Below, piece after piece: positions 1 to 12,147 of a stretch of 56,389 nucleotides of DNA. Within the stretch, counting starts at the first letter, position 1, and every line of letters starts with the position of its first letter. Under the pieces are notes generated by a model. That model saw only the letters and a program-made list of their open reading frames with translations. It ran no database searches and was not told the DNA's origin. A program made the translations under genes and the position numbers. Origin of the DNA: Rhodospirillales bacterium (GTDB taxonomy: Bacteria; Pseudomonadota; Alphaproteobacteria; Rhodospirillales; Defluviicoccaceae); contig JBBSCD010000001.1 of assembly GCA_038250645.1 (NCBI GenBank), positions 1 to 56,389 on the forward strand, read 5' to 3'.

Positions 1-933
1 CAGCGCACCGGCGACAGGAGCATCTTTCGCCTCCGTGACAAGACGTTCGAAACCCAGGTCGATCCCGAACGCGGCAATTTCGACTACCTGCTGTTCTGCG
101 ATCTCGACATGGATTCCGATGCGGTGCGCGACGAGCTGTTCGCCTGGGGCGACTGGATCATGGCGACGCTCGACGTCGACGGGTTCCGCTTCGACGCCGC
201 GAGGCACATCCGCTTTTTCTTCTTCAGCGAGTGGCTGGACCGGGTGCGGGCGCTGAGGCCGGAGCGGGCGCTCTTCGCCGTCGGCGAGTACTTCACCGGC
301 GACCTGGCGACGCTGCGCTGGTTCATTGAACAGACCGGCCGGCGCATGACGCTGTTCGATTTTCCCTTGCACTTCAACATGCGCACGGCGTCGCGGGCGA
401 ACGGCGACTTTGACATGCGGCGGATTTTCGACGGCACCCTGGTCGCGGCCGATCCGGAAATGGCAGTGACCTTCGTGGACAATCACGACACCTTCCATGT
501 CGGCGGCGGCGAACCCATCGCCGATGCCTTCCGTCCGCAGGCCTACGCCCTGATCCTGCTGCGCGCCGCCGGCTACCCGTGCCTGTTCTATCCCGACTTC
601 CGCCCCAACGACGCGAGGGCCCCGCTGCAACCGCTGCTGGATGTGCTGCTCGCCGCCCGGCGCGACTTCGCGTACGGGGCGCAGACCGATTACATCGACG
701 ATCCGGATGTCATCGGCTGGACGCGGACCGGCGACGACGACCATCCCCGGGCGCTGGCCGTGGTCCTAACCGATGGGCCAGCGGGGGTGAAACGGATGGC
801 GACGACCCGGCCGAACCGGTCGTTTCACGAGCTGACGGGGATCAGCGCGGTTATGGTCGCAACCGACGGCGAGGGCTGGGGCGACTTCGCCTGTCCCGCC
901 GGTGCGATCACGGTCTGGGTCGAGGATGAGTGA
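1..933 (+). CDS. alpha-amylase family (GH13) glycoside hydrolase, C-terminal part; the 5' end lies outside the window
   Basis: Frame 1 is open from base 1 and runs into the 109..933 ORF. The translation carries GH13-like blocks (GNFDYLLFCDLDMD, DGFRFDAARHI, FVDNHDT) and a C-terminal beta-domain. Confidence 0.85.
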   Translation, partial: QRTGDRSIFRLRDKTFETQVDPERGNFDYLLFCDLDMDSDAVRDELFAWGDWIMATLDVDGFRFDAARHIRFFFFSEWLDRVRALRPERALFAVGEYFTGDLATLRWFIEQTGRRMTLFDFPLHFNMRTASRANGDFDMRRIFDGTLVAADPEMAVTFVDNHDTFHVGGGEPIADAFRPQAYALILLRAAGYPCLFYPDFRPNDARAPLQPLLDVLLAARRDFAYGAQTDYIDDPDVIGWTRTGDDDHPRALAVVLTDGPAGVKRMATTRPNRSFHELTGISAVMVATDGEGWGDFACPAGAITVWVEDE

Positions 934-972
934 TCCCGAGAGGCGGCGATCGACGCTCGCAAGCCTCCCCGC

Positions 973-1716
973 TCAGCGCCCAGGCACGGTGAATCGCGAA
1001 GGGTCGTCCCGCGAGAGGCGGTCGAGGAACCTCCGGCTGTGCGGCGCCCGCGCGCCTTCGAGGCCGTCGCCGGCGAGCGCAATGCCGGCCCCGAACAGCT
1101 CGACTTGAAGAAGTTCGAGCGATGCTGCGTCGTCCACGTCGTACCAGGGCGGCAAAATTGTAATCGGTACGCCGAGGGCGGCGGCGCGGGTTAGCGTCTG
1201 GGCGAGGACCCGACTGGTGCTCCAGGCGATGCCGTCGAAGAGCGATGGATGCGCTCGCTTGAGCCCGATCAGGGTATAGCCGCCATCGATGGCCGGACCG
1301 ATGACGATGCCATCGCCCGGTCGAAGCAACGCCGCGACGGCCGCAGCGAGCAGAGCCGCGGGCAGTGTGGGGCCGTCGGCGTTGATCAGGCAGACGCCGG
1401 CGTGACCGGCGGCGAACAGGTCTTGCGTCGCGTTGATCAGGCGGGCGGAAAGATCCTCCCCGCGCTGGCCGAGCAGGGCCAGGCCGTGCGGTAGCAGATC
1501 GATGAACACGGCCGCCGCGTTGGCTGGCGTAATGATCGCGTACCCGCCTGCGTGATCGTGGGCGCAGACCGCAGCGACCGTGGCGGCGACATCGGCGATG
1601 AAGCAGCCGGACAGCGCCGCGGCTTCTTCCGCTTGCAGCGGCGGGCAGAGGCGGGTCTTGCTCAAACCCGCGAAGGGGGCCTTGCACATGATGCCTAGGG
1701 CGATATCGCCTGCCAC
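973..1716 (-). CDS. DUF2064 / TIGR04282-like glycosyltransferase-fold protein
   Basis: 247-aa ORF. The N-terminus GIMCKAPFAGLSKTRLCPPL and the blocks INADGPTLP and PAIDGGYTLIGL match my recollection of the DUF2064 family. It is convergent with the amylase gene. Confidence 0.65.
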   Translation of the reverse strand: MAGDIALGIMCKAPFAGLSKTRLCPPLQAEEAAALSGCFIADVAATVAAVCAHDHAGGYAIITPANAAAVFIDLLPHGLALLGQRGEDLSARLINATQDLFAAGHAGVCLINADGPTLPAALLAAAVAALLRPGDGIVIGPAIDGGYTLIGLKRAHPSLFDGIAWSTSRVLAQTLTRAAALGVPITILPPWYDVDDAASLELLQVELFGAGIALAGDGLEGARAPHSRRFLDRLSRDDPSRFTVPGR

Positions 1717-1833
1717 CTCTTCGCCCTTGCCCCCGCTGCCTCAGGATACGCCTGCCGCCTCCGCGTTTGTACATCGCCGCGGCCGATCCGACCTACAGTG
1801 ACACATCGTCCGGACGCAGGGGAATGATCGGCC

Positions 1834-2301
1834 ATGGCCGACCGCACGCTTCTGATCGTCGCGCACGCGCCCTCGCCCAACACCGTGGCCTTGCGCGACT
1901 CCGTTGCCGAGGGCGCGCGCTCGCCGGATATCGAGGGGGTTGCGGTCGAAGTGCGAAGCCCGTTCGAGACCCGGCCCCAGCACGTGCTGGCCGCGCAGGC
2001 GGTGATCCTCGGCACTACGGAGAACCTCGGCTATATGAGCGGCGCGTTGAAGGACTTCTTCGACCGCTGCTACTATCCGTGCCTGGAGAAGACGCAAGGG
2101 CTGCCGTACGCGCTCTACATCCGCGCCGGCCACGACGGAACGGGAACGCGCCGCGCCGTCGAGTCGATCGTCACCGGCCTGCGCTGGCGGCCGGTGCAGG
2201 AACCGCTTATCTGCCGCGGCGCGTGGACCCCCGATTTTCTGACGCCCTGCCGCGACCTCGGCCTGTTGCTCGCCGCCGGTCTCGAAGCCGGGGTGTTTTG
2301 A
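1834..2301 (+). CDS. flavodoxin-like fold NAD(P)H-dependent oxidoreductase
   Basis: 155-aa ORF. LLIVAHAPSPNT near the N-terminus and AVILGTTENLGYMSGALKDFFDR resemble FMN-reductase/flavodoxin-like proteins. The assignment rests on motif recall only. Confidence 0.55.
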   Translation: MADRTLLIVAHAPSPNTVALRDSVAEGARSPDIEGVAVEVRSPFETRPQHVLAAQAVILGTTENLGYMSGALKDFFDRCYYPCLEKTQGLPYALYIRAGHDGTGTRRAVESIVTGLRWRPVQEPLICRGAWTPDFLTPCRDLGLLLAAGLEAGVF

Positions 2302-2332
2302 GCTGCGGGGTCGCGGGCCGCTCCGCCCAGTC

Positions 2333-3163
2333 TCAGGCCGCGAGTGGGGTCCGCCTCTGGCGCTGGAGGTGTCGCCAGACCAGCTTCGTCGCCATGTCGC
2401 TGACCCGGCCGCGCGGGGAGATACCGGTTGCCTTCAGGATCATGCCGACCGCCCGCCGGACGTGATCCGGCCGATAGAAGCGATAGGCGCGGGCGGCATA
2501 GGCGGCGGCCGCGGCCTTGCGGTCGTACTCGGCCTCGCGCTCGTTGGCGCAGTGGTAGGCGAAGGCCAGCTCGTCATCGTCGGCTTCGCGGTAGCGGCCG
2601 ATGGCGACAAGGATCCGGCGCAGCCTACTTGGCTTCTCGCGTTCGAGATAGCGCTGCATGTGGGTGTAGAAGAGCTTGTAGTGGCGAAATTCGTCGCCGG
2701 CGATGTTGGCGCAGATGGCCTTGAGCACCGGTTCGGCGGAGGCATCGCGCAGGGCCGAGTAGAACGAGCTCGTCCCGGTTTCGACGACGCACCGCGCGGT
2801 GAGCTCCCCGGCACGCGAGCCGCGCACGGATTCGTCCGCGTCCACCGGGATCCGGTAGCCGGCGCGAAAGCGGGTCATGCTGTCTTCGAAATCGAAGCCG
2901 GCGTCCGCCATTTCGCTCCACCGACCGAGCGCTTCGCCGTGCTGGATTTCCTCCACAGCCCAACCCCGGGCCGCTGCCTGAAACTCCGGATCGTCGGCAA
3001 AAACGTTGCAGAGATAGTCGGCGTAGTCCGCGGAATTGCGCTCCACGAGCGAAGCCGCCTTGACGACGGCGACCAGATTCGCGTCCAGGCGATCGGGATC
3101 GAACCGCTGCCACGGAATGTCATCGAGGGTCCAGTGCTTCATCCGCTCCTCGCTTACCTTCAT
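2333..3163 (-). CDS. ferritin-like diiron-carboxylate protein (acyl-ACP-desaturase/R2-like four-helix bundle)
   Basis: Two E-x-x-H motifs are spaced as in diiron proteins (WAVEEIQHGE and AGDEFRHYKLF), with upstream single-carboxylate helices (LVERNSADY, VVETGTSSF). The start is uncertain: the ORF opens at 3220, and internal ATGs lie at 3163 and 3142, the latter preceded by GAGGAG. Confidence 0.7.
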   Translation of the reverse strand: MKVSEERMKHWTLDDIPWQRFDPDRLDANLVAVVKAASLVERNSADYADYLCNVFADDPEFQAAARGWAVEEIQHGEALGRWSEMADAGFDFEDSMTRFRAGYRIPVDADESVRGSRAGELTARCVVETGTSSFYSALRDASAEPVLKAICANIAGDEFRHYKLFYTHMQRYLEREKPSRLRRILVAIGRYREADDDELAFAYHCANEREAEYDRKAAAAAYAARAYRFYRPDHVRRAVGMILKATGISPRGRVSDMATKLVWRHLQRQRRTPLAA

Positions 3164-3522
3164 GCCGCTGGTGGCTGAGGATTGCGCGTCATCCCGCGTC
3201 AAGTGAATAACCCATGGCAATGTCAGCGCTCAATACCGCAAACGCGATGTACAAGCTCGCGTTCCTTGCCGCAAGCGCGAGATCGCCGCGATCCCCATGC
3301 GGTTGCGGCGCCGGCCGGATTTGCCCACGTCACAGGCGGAACGGGCGTGTTGGCGTGGGCAAGCGCTGGGCCAGGTCGGGACCGCGAAGCGGCGGAGGAT
3401 GCGGACGTGCGTGTTCAGCAAGGTGATTCGGATTGGGGCGCGCCGCCACCCTTCGGATTACGCACCCGCGGGCGGCCGTCGCTCGGCTTCCGGTCCGTCG
3501 GCAACGGGATGCGCTCGTGACC

Positions 3523-4275
3523 ATGCTTGCCCACTCCCGGCCGCTGTCTTGTCGGGTCACCGGCCTGACCGACGCGACCGCCGATATCCGCATCATCAGG
3601 CTTGCGGTCGTGGCCGGCGGGGCGTTCCGCTTCGCCGCAGGCCAGTACGCACGGGTCTCGTTTCCGGGACACACGCCGCGCGACTACTCTCTTGCGAACC
3701 GGCCCGGCGCGGCGGAGCTCGAATTTCATGTCCGTCATCGTGCCGATGGCGGCGCTGGCGCCTACGCGGCGCGGACCTTGAGGATCGGCGACAGCGTCTG
3801 GATCGAGGGGCCGTTCGGCGAGGCCTGGCTGCGTGCCGACCACAATGGACCGATCCTCTGCCTCGCCGGTGGCTCCGGGCTGGCGCCGATGAAGTCGATC
3901 GTCGAGACCGCGCTGGCGAAGGATCCCCGCCGTCGCGTCGACCTGTACTATGGCGGCCGGGACGAGCCGGACGTTTACCTGGAGGACCACTTCCGCCGGC
4001 TCGAAACGCGCTGTCGCAATTTCCGCTTTCATGTCCTGCTTTCCGCGGCACGGGGGCCGACCGCGCGCCGGCATGGCACCGTCGTCGATGGCCTCGCAGC
4101 CGATGCCGCCGCGGAGGCCGACCGCTTTGAGGGCGCGAAGGCGTTCGCCGCCGGACCGCCGGCGATGGTCCGCGCGGCGCTTGTGTCTCTCCTCTCGCTC
4201 GGCCTGCCCGCCGTCGACATCCACATCGATCCGTTCTACACCGGGACGGCGGTGGCAGCGGCCGGCGGCGCCTGA
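3523..4275 (+). CDS. Fre-like NAD(P)H-flavin reductase (FNR-family FAD/NAD-binding, no Fe-S domain)
   Basis: Colinear with E. coli Fre as I recall it: LSCRVTGLTD start, RDYSLAN (R-x-Y-S flavin site), GPFGEAWLR, and LAGGSGLAPM (NAD(P)H site). I place the start at the ATG at 3523; the ORF upstream of it (from 3433) is Arg/Ala-rich and looks non-coding. Confidence 0.75.
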   Translation: MLAHSRPLSCRVTGLTDATADIRIIRLAVVAGGAFRFAAGQYARVSFPGHTPRDYSLANRPGAAELEFHVRHRADGGAGAYAARTLRIGDSVWIEGPFGEAWLRADHNGPILCLAGGSGLAPMKSIVETALAKDPRRRVDLYYGGRDEPDVYLEDHFRRLETRCRNFRFHVLLSAARGPTARRHGTVVDGLAADAAAEADRFEGAKAFAAGPPAMVRAALVSLLSLGLPAVDIHIDPFYTGTAVAAAGGA

Positions 4276-4328
4276 AGCCTCGTTTTTGCCGTTGCCGCTC
4301 ATGCATTGCAGGAGACGGGATCGATGCC

Positions 4329-4787
4329 ATGGCGAAGAGCGATGATCCGCGGGCCGGCGTCTCGGGAGTAGATGAAGCGAGGTTCGAGACCGTTGAGCTG
4401 GTGCGCGCCGAGCGGGCCAGCGATCTCTGGTCCGCGATCGAGGCCGCGCAATCAAGCCGCGTGCTGGCGCATGACGAGGTCAACGGCGCCGGTGAGGAGG
4501 ACGCGCTCGCCGCCCTCGGCGACGCACTGGACCGGGTGGTCGAGGCCTGGGACGAGGATGCCTTGCAGAACAAGGCGCCGCTTCTCGGCATTCTCGATGA
4601 CGGCCTTGCGGCGCTGACGCCCCATGGTCTCTCCCTCTACTGGGGCTGCGTCGAGCGCCGGCTGACGACGGCCGACGGCGAAGTCACGCCCATGCCGGTT
4701 GCGGTCATCGCCATCAGCCACGCCTCGTCGCCCACGCAGCGGGTTGCTGTTCCGCACGTATTCGATGTCCCGGAGGGGGGAGAATAG
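4329..4787 (+). CDS. hypothetical acidic protein, probably co-transcribed with the flavin reductase
   Basis: 152-aa ORF beginning 53 nt after the reductase stop. It shows GC-rich third codon positions and is rich in Asp/Glu/Ala. I recognise no family. Confidence 0.45.
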   Translation: MAKSDDPRAGVSGVDEARFETVELVRAERASDLWSAIEAAQSSRVLAHDEVNGAGEEDALAALGDALDRVVEAWDEDALQNKAPLLGILDDGLAALTPHGLSLYWGCVERRLTTADGEVTPMPVAVIAISHASSPTQRVAVPHVFDVPEGGE

Positions 4788-5167
4788 ACTGATGAAGGCG
4801 GCGCCGATGCTTGAGCCGCGGCTGTCGCGAACGGCTTTCACCCGTCGGTTGACATAAAAAGCGCTGGTTCGCTCGCCGCGCCCGATGGTAGAAATGTTCC
4901 AGAAAGTGAGGATGCGGATGTACAGCCCGTACGGAGCCTTCATCGGCTGTCAAACGGTGTTAACCAACCAGTGTCTCAAGGCGCTTCTCGCGGCGGCGCA
5001 GTTCTACGCTAATCTTCTTGATCCGCGGCCGGATCTCGCGATCCCGGCACGGTCGGTCAAGGTTCCCTATGCCTGGTGGTGGTAGCCACAATATTCGCTG
5101 ACGCGACGGCTGATCGCGCAGAGCCGGGCAGACTTAAGCGGGTTACCGGGCCTCGTTTGGGCTTTCC

Positions 5168-6010
5168 ATGAAAAACCTCTCCCAGGCCGTGGCGACCCCA
5201 GATGTCGCGTTCGCCAGCTGGAAGCGTGTCCGCGTTCACGCTTCGCTTGTCGGCAAGCGAATTGATCTCCGCGCGATGAAGCACGAGGCACAGCTGGCCG
5301 AAGCGCCGGTGGCGGTGGCGGCCGGCGAGAAGGGGCTCGCGGTCCTGTTTCGCTATGGCGCCGCCGTCATGTTCCAGATGCAGCCGGTCGAGGAGGCCGC
5401 GTTCCTCGCGAGCCTGAGAAGCGTCGTCGGCGACCCGTTCGACCATGCGGAGCGCGAAGAGGCGCAGATCCTTGTCGAGACTGGCGAGGAGGCGGGCGAG
5501 GGTGTCGATGTCAGCGGCAACATCCGCCTTAGCGACCTGACCATGGGTCGCCTGCTCGCCGTGGCCGACGTGCTCGCCAAGAGCGTCATCCTGAGCTACG
5601 ACGAGCGCCGCATCGCCGCCATCTTTGATCGGATTGAGCCGATCGCGGAAAAGCTGCACCGGCCGGGCCGCACAGTATCGGTCCGCGAGCTCCTCGGCCA
5701 TATCGGCGACGTGCTCATCACCGAGCATCGGATGGTCGGTCGGGTCGAGGTCACCGAGAAACCGGAGCTGGTCTGGGACAGCCCGGAGCTGGAGCGGCTT
5801 TATGTCCGACTGCGGGACGAATACGAGCTGCCGGAGCGCGACCGGGCGCTGATCCGCAAACTCGAGCTCATCTCCCAGACCGCGACCACCTCGCTGGGAC
5901 TGGTCCAGGCGAAGCGCAGCCTGCGCGTCGAGTGGTATGTCGTCATTCTGATCGTTATCGAAATTATCCTCACCCTCTACAACATGTTCGTTCCCGGCGG
6001 CAGCCACTGA
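5168..6010 (+). CDS. RMD1 / DUF155 family protein with a C-terminal membrane helix
   Basis: 280-aa ORF. The layout matches my recollection of RMD1 family proteins (FRYGAAVMF, the long helical region ELERLY...LRDEYEL, and the terminal hydrophobic helix WYVVILIVIEIILTLY). Confidence 0.7.
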   Translation: MKNLSQAVATPDVAFASWKRVRVHASLVGKRIDLRAMKHEAQLAEAPVAVAAGEKGLAVLFRYGAAVMFQMQPVEEAAFLASLRSVVGDPFDHAEREEAQILVETGEEAGEGVDVSGNIRLSDLTMGRLLAVADVLAKSVILSYDERRIAAIFDRIEPIAEKLHRPGRTVSVRELLGHIGDVLITEHRMVGRVEVTEKPELVWDSPELERLYVRLRDEYELPERDRALIRKLELISQTATTSLGLVQAKRSLRVEWYVVILIVIEIILTLYNMFVPGGSH

Positions 6011-6145
6011 CGCCGCCGCCTTGCGTGTAGTGCCCGGCAGCTTCGCGACGGCCTGATGTCGGAGATCAAGGTGATGGCAGGGTGGCAGCGAAGAGTGCCT
6101 GTGCTTGACCGGGATGGAGGGCGGGGTTACATCCACAGCCGCGGC

Positions 6146-6223
6146 GGCGGGAGTAGCTCAGTCGGTTAGAGCACCTGGTTGTGGTCCAGGGGGTCGTGGG
6201 TTCGAATCCCATCTCTCGCCCCA
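6146..6223 (+). tRNA. tRNA-His (anticodon GTG) with the extra G(-1) and an encoded CCA
   Basis: A cloverleaf can be read directly. The acceptor GCGGGAG pairs with CTCTCGC, and the D arm is GCTC/GAGC. The anticodon stem CCTGG/CCAGG carries the loop TTGTGGT (anticodon GTG), and the T arm is GTGGG-TTCGAAT-CCCAT. The additional 5' G opposite discriminator C is the His-specific feature. Confidence 0.9.
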
Positions 6224-6433
6224 TCGCTTTTCGCCGATCTGGTTTGGCCACACGGCGAGCCGGATCGCACTCAAGAAGCTGGCTCAACGGCGGATTTCCT
6301 GCCGACTTCCGGGCGGCGAGCGGCTTCGTCCGGCGCGGGGTTCCGTTTTCGCGGAAGCTGGGTTACATCTCGGATAGCAGCCGGGTGCACAGATGGCCGC
6401 CTTCGAGGCGGCTGCGGAGACGACCAGAAGCCG

Positions 6434-7372
6434 ATGACGACGACGCGCGACCGCCCCGTGATCATCGGTATCGTCGGTGACTCGGCCGCGGGCAAGACGA
6501 CCCTGGCCTCCGGCCTGGTGCAGATCCTTGGACCCGAGCGGACCTTGTCCATCTGTACCGACGACTACCATCGCTATGCCCGCCGCGAACGCGCCCGCCG
6601 CGGGGTGACGCCGCACCATCCCGACTGTAACTATCTCGATATTCTTGAACAGCACGTTTACCTGCTGCGCGACGCCCAGCCTGTTCTCAAGCCGGTCTAT
6701 GAACACGACGGCGGGGTGCTCAAAGCGCCGGAATATGTCGAGCCGGCGCCCTTCATTATCGTCGAGGGGTTGCTTGGCCTGTCGACGCAGAGGCTGCGCG
6801 ACGCATACGACGTCAAGGTCTACCTCGACCCGCAGACGCCGCTGCGGCTGCGCTGGAAGTTTCAGCGCGACACCGGCTTCGGCGGCTACGCGGTCGAGGA
6901 TGTCATGACTGCAATCGAAACGCTCAAGCGCGACAGCGAACGGTTTATCGTGCCGCAACGGGCCTACGCGGACATGGTCGTCTGCTTCTGTCCGCCTGAC
7001 GACGATCCCGACGAGAGCGGTTCGCGTCTCAACGTCCGCCACATCCTCAGGCCGACGTTGCCGCCGCTCGATCTTGCCGACGCGCTGGAAGCCGGCGCCG
7101 GACGGGCGCTGGCGATGGAGCTCGCCCGCGACATCGACGGTATGCCGGTCGATGCGCTGGACATCGACGGCGAGGCCGAGGCCGACGCCGATGCCGAGGC
7201 GCTGGAGCATCTGCTGTGGAGCCGACTGCCGACGGGCGGCCGGCCCATGCCCCGGATCGGTCGCTACCGCGATCATACGCATGCCGAAGCGTTCAGCCGA
7301 CCGCTGGCGCTGTCGCAGCTTCTGATCGCCCACTATCTCTTGAATGCGGCGCAGGACCAGCATGCCGAGTGA
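6434..7372 (+). CDS. prk: phosphoribulokinase, class II (cyanobacterial/plant/archaeal-like) type
   Basis: P-loop GIVGDSAAGKTT, then ICTDDYHRY, KPVYEHDGG, IIVEGLLG, LRWKFQRD and PQRAYADMVV. These are colinear with class II PRK as I recall it (ICLDDYH, KPIYNH, WKIQRD, PQKQYAD). They are unlike class I CbbP. The start is the ATG at 6434; the ORF extension back to 6179 overlaps tRNA-His. Confidence 0.75.
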   Translation: MTTTRDRPVIIGIVGDSAAGKTTLASGLVQILGPERTLSICTDDYHRYARRERARRGVTPHHPDCNYLDILEQHVYLLRDAQPVLKPVYEHDGGVLKAPEYVEPAPFIIVEGLLGLSTQRLRDAYDVKVYLDPQTPLRLRWKFQRDTGFGGYAVEDVMTAIETLKRDSERFIVPQRAYADMVVCFCPPDDDPDESGSRLNVRHILRPTLPPLDLADALEAGAGRALAMELARDIDGMPVDALDIDGEAEADADAEALEHLLWSRLPTGGRPMPRIGRYRDHTHAEAFSRPLALSQLLIAHYLLNAAQDQHAE

Positions 7373-7385
7373 GGAGAGTCCATCC

Positions 7386-9503
<2,118 letters not shown>

Positions 9504-9585
9504 TCGGGGGCTGAGGCCGAGGCATTTTGCTTTCGAGGGAGAGCGGGTGGTTCAAGCGGAGCGAAGAAGGCACGATGCTGCGGCA

Positions 9586-10233
9586 ATGATCAAAATCGCG
9601 CCCTCGATCCTGTCGGCGGATTTCGCCCGCCTCGGCGAGGAAGTCGCGGCCATCGACGCCGCCGGCTGCGACTACGTCCACATCGACGTGATGGACGGAC
9701 ATTTCGTACCCAACCTGACGTTCGGCCCGCCGGTCATTCGCGCCATCCGCCGGCACACCGCCAAGCCGTTCGACGTTCACCTGATGATCGACCCGGCGCA
9801 GCCCTACCTCGCCGATTACGCCGATGCCGGCGCGGACACCATCACCGTGCACGCCGAGGCCGACCGCCACCTCGACCGCAGCCTCCAGGTCATCCGCGAC
9901 CTCGGCCGCAGAGCCGGGGTGTCGCTGAATCCGGGCACGCCGGAAGGGGTGATCGAGCACGTCCTCGACCGCCTCGACCTGATCCTGGTCATGTCGGTCA
10001 ACCCCGGCTTTGGCGGCCAGTCCTTCATCCCGGCGCAACTCGAGAAGATTCGCCGCATTCGCCGGATGATCGGCGAGCGTCCCATCGAGCTTGAGGTCGA
10101 TGGCGGGGTCAATGCAGAGACGGCGCCTTCGGTCATCGCCGCAGGCGCTAGCGTGCTTGTCGCCGGCAGCGCCGTGTTCTCCGGCACCGATTACCGAGCG
10201 GCCATCGCCGCCCTGCGCCCGCGCGCGGCTTGA
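9586..10233 (+). CDS. rpe: ribulose-phosphate 3-epimerase
   Basis: [13 protein letters not shown]...[16 protein letters not shown]...[11 protein letters not shown]...VDGG is the canonical Rpe sequence. The ATG at 9586 is taken as the start. Confidence 0.95.
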   Translation: MIKIAPSILSADFARLGEEVAAIDAAGCDYVHIDVMDGHFVPNLTFGPPVIRAIRRHTAKPFDVHLMIDPAQPYLADYADAGADTITVHAEADRHLDRSLQVIRDLGRRAGVSLNPGTPEGVIEHVLDRLDLILVMSVNPGFGGQSFIPAQLEKIRRIRRMIGERPIELEVDGGVNAETAPSVIAAGASVLVAGSAVFSGTDYRAAIAALRPRAA

Positions 10234-10344
10234 AGCCGCAGGCCCGCGGCGGCCCTTGTGCGCTACGCTGCGGGCCCGTCGCCGGACTTGGCTTCGTTCG
10301 ACGGCCGTGTATGATGACCGGCCATTCGTGGGCTGCGGGGCGGC

Positions 10345-11820
10345 ATGGATATCGTTGAGGCGCTGGCATTCGATGACATCCTGCTGGTGCCGGCGCGCTC
10401 CAGCATCGTGCCCTCCGACGCGGACACGCGAACGCGGCTGACGCGGGCGGTCGACCTGCGCATCCCCCTGATGTCGGCGGCCATGGACACGGTCACCGAA
10501 AGCGCGCTCGCCATCGCCGTGGCCGAGGCAGGCGGCATCGGCGTCGTTCACAAGAACATGGATCCGGTGGCGCAGGCCGCCGAGGTTCGCCGGGTGAAGA
10601 AGTTCGAGACCGGCATGGTCGTCAACCCGATGACGATCGCGCCGGACGCGACTCTCGCCGACGCGCTGGCGCTGATGCGCGATCACCATTTCTCCGGGCT
10701 CCCCGTGGTCGAGAGCGGCAGCGGCCGGCTTCTCGGCATCCTGACCCACCGCGACGTGCGCTTCGCCACCGACATGCGCGAGCCGGTAAGCGCGCTGATG
10801 ACCCGCGACCTGCCCGAGAAGCCCCTGATCACGGTGCGCGAGACGGTCGGCCGCGACGAGGCCAAGCGTCTGCTCCACAAGCACCGTATCGAAAAGCTTC
10901 TCGTCATCGACGACGAGCATCGCTGTATCGGGCTGATCACGGTCAAGGACATCGACAAGGCCGAGCGATTCCCTCATGCCTGCAAGGACGAACGCGGCCG
11001 CCTGCGGGTCGCGGCCGCAACCGGCGTGGGCGATGCCGGCCTTGCCCGTGCCGAGCTTCTTCTCGCCGCCGAGGTCGACGTCATTGTGGTCGACACCGCC
11101 CACGGGCACTCCAGCGGCGTTGTCGAAGCCGTCCGACGTATCAAGAAAATAAGCAACTACGCGCAGGTCATCGCTGGCAACATCGCTACGCCGGATGCGG
11201 CAAAGGCGCTCATCGACGCGGGCGCCGATGCGGTCAAGGTCGGGATCGGACCGGGGTCGATCTGCACGACGCGGGTCATCGCCGGCGTCGGCGTCCCGCA
11301 GTTCAGCGCAATCGTCGATGTCGCCGAGGTCTGCCGGGCCCAGGACGTGCCGCTCATCGCCGACGGCGGGATCCGCTACTCCGGCGATCTGGCCAAGGCC
11401 GTCGCCGCCGGCGCGGACGTCGCCATGATCGGCTCGCTGTTCGCCGGCACCGACGAAAGCCCGGGCGAGGTCTTCCTGTTCCAGGGTCGCTCGTACAAGG
11501 CCTACCGCGGAATGGGCTCGGTGGCGGCGATGGCGCGCGGCTCCGCAGACCGGTACTTCCAGGAAGAGGTGAACGACGCCCTGAAAATGGTGCCGGAGGG
11601 GATCGAGGGGCGCGTCCCCTACAAGGGTCCGCTGGCGACAATCGTCCACCAGCTCGTCGGCGGACTGAAGGCGGCCATGGGCTATACCGGCAACCGAACC
11701 ATCGGCGAGATGCAACGCAACTGCACGTTCCGGCGCACGACGTTCGCCGGGGTCGGCGAAAGCCACGTGCACGACGTGACGATCACGCGGGAAGCGCCGA
11801 ACTACCGCGCGCGCGACTGA
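10345..11820 (+). CDS. guaB: IMP dehydrogenase
   Basis: 491 aa, with a tandem CBS pair inserted in a TIM barrel, the catalytic loop [12 protein letters not shown], and GGIRYSGD. Confidence 0.97.
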   Translation: MDIVEALAFDDILLVPARSSIVPSDADTRTRLTRAVDLRIPLMSAAMDTVTESALAIAVAEAGGIGVVHKNMDPVAQAAEVRRVKKFETGMVVNPMTIAPDATLADALALMRDHHFSGLPVVESGSGRLLGILTHRDVRFATDMREPVSALMTRDLPEKPLITVRETVGRDEAKRLLHKHRIEKLLVIDDEHRCIGLITVKDIDKAERFPHACKDERGRLRVAAATGVGDAGLARAELLLAAEVDVIVVDTAHGHSSGVVEAVRRIKKISNYAQVIAGNIATPDAAKALIDAGADAVKVGIGPGSICTTRVIAGVGVPQFSAIVDVAEVCRAQDVPLIADGGIRYSGDLAKAVAAGADVAMIGSLFAGTDESPGEVFLFQGRSYKAYRGMGSVAAMARGSADRYFQEEVNDALKMVPEGIEGRVPYKGPLATIVHQLVGGLKAAMGYTGNRTIGEMQRNCTFRRTTFAGVGESHVHDVTITREAPNYRARD

Positions 11821-12147
11821 AGGACTCGCAATAAAACGGCGCCGGGAAAGCTTCTGGCGAATAATACGAATAAGCATGAAGAATGCTTCAAGATTCGACT
11901 GAAGCAGGTCCAGGACGGTGCGTGCGGCGAATTCTGTAGCCGCAATACGCCAATATTCTCGGTAAGGCGGATCCCGTTGATCGGGATTTCGTGCAAAACC
12001 CCAAATGAAGGGACTTTCAGCACGGCCCCACGCGATGTTCGGTTATAATATGCATATTGTACCACTTAGCCCTTAAAAGATCTTCTTGCTGGTTGTTAAC
12101 TGGTAAAAGCGTTAATCTTGCTGAAATAATAGTAATCAAAATAGCAC

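Noticed and set aside
4788-5167. Small ORFs in the lower-GC spacer before the RMD1-like gene (66 aa on the plus strand at 4885..5085; a ~43-codon TTG ORF on the minus strand ending ...IKKISVELRRREKRLETLVG)
   Set aside because: They have no ribosome-binding site, no recognisable family and no GC3 bias. I cannot distinguish them from chance, so they are left unannotated.
6179-6433. Upstream extension of the prk ORF
   Set aside because: It overlaps the tRNA-His gene, and the translation has no PRK similarity before MTTTRDRPVIIGIVGD.
6146-6433. Possible integration site or genomic island at tRNA-His
   Set aside because: I found no integrase gene and no direct repeat of the tRNA 3' end downstream. 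The adjacent prk-tkt-rpe DNA has the same GC-rich composition as the rest of the window.
10234-10344. Riboswitch or leader upstream of guaB, and similarly upstream of panD, gltB and pckG
   Set aside because: I could not recognise any known riboswitch core (ZTP, purine, TPP, SAM-II, glycine, cobalamin). A covariance-model scan would be needed to exclude them formally.
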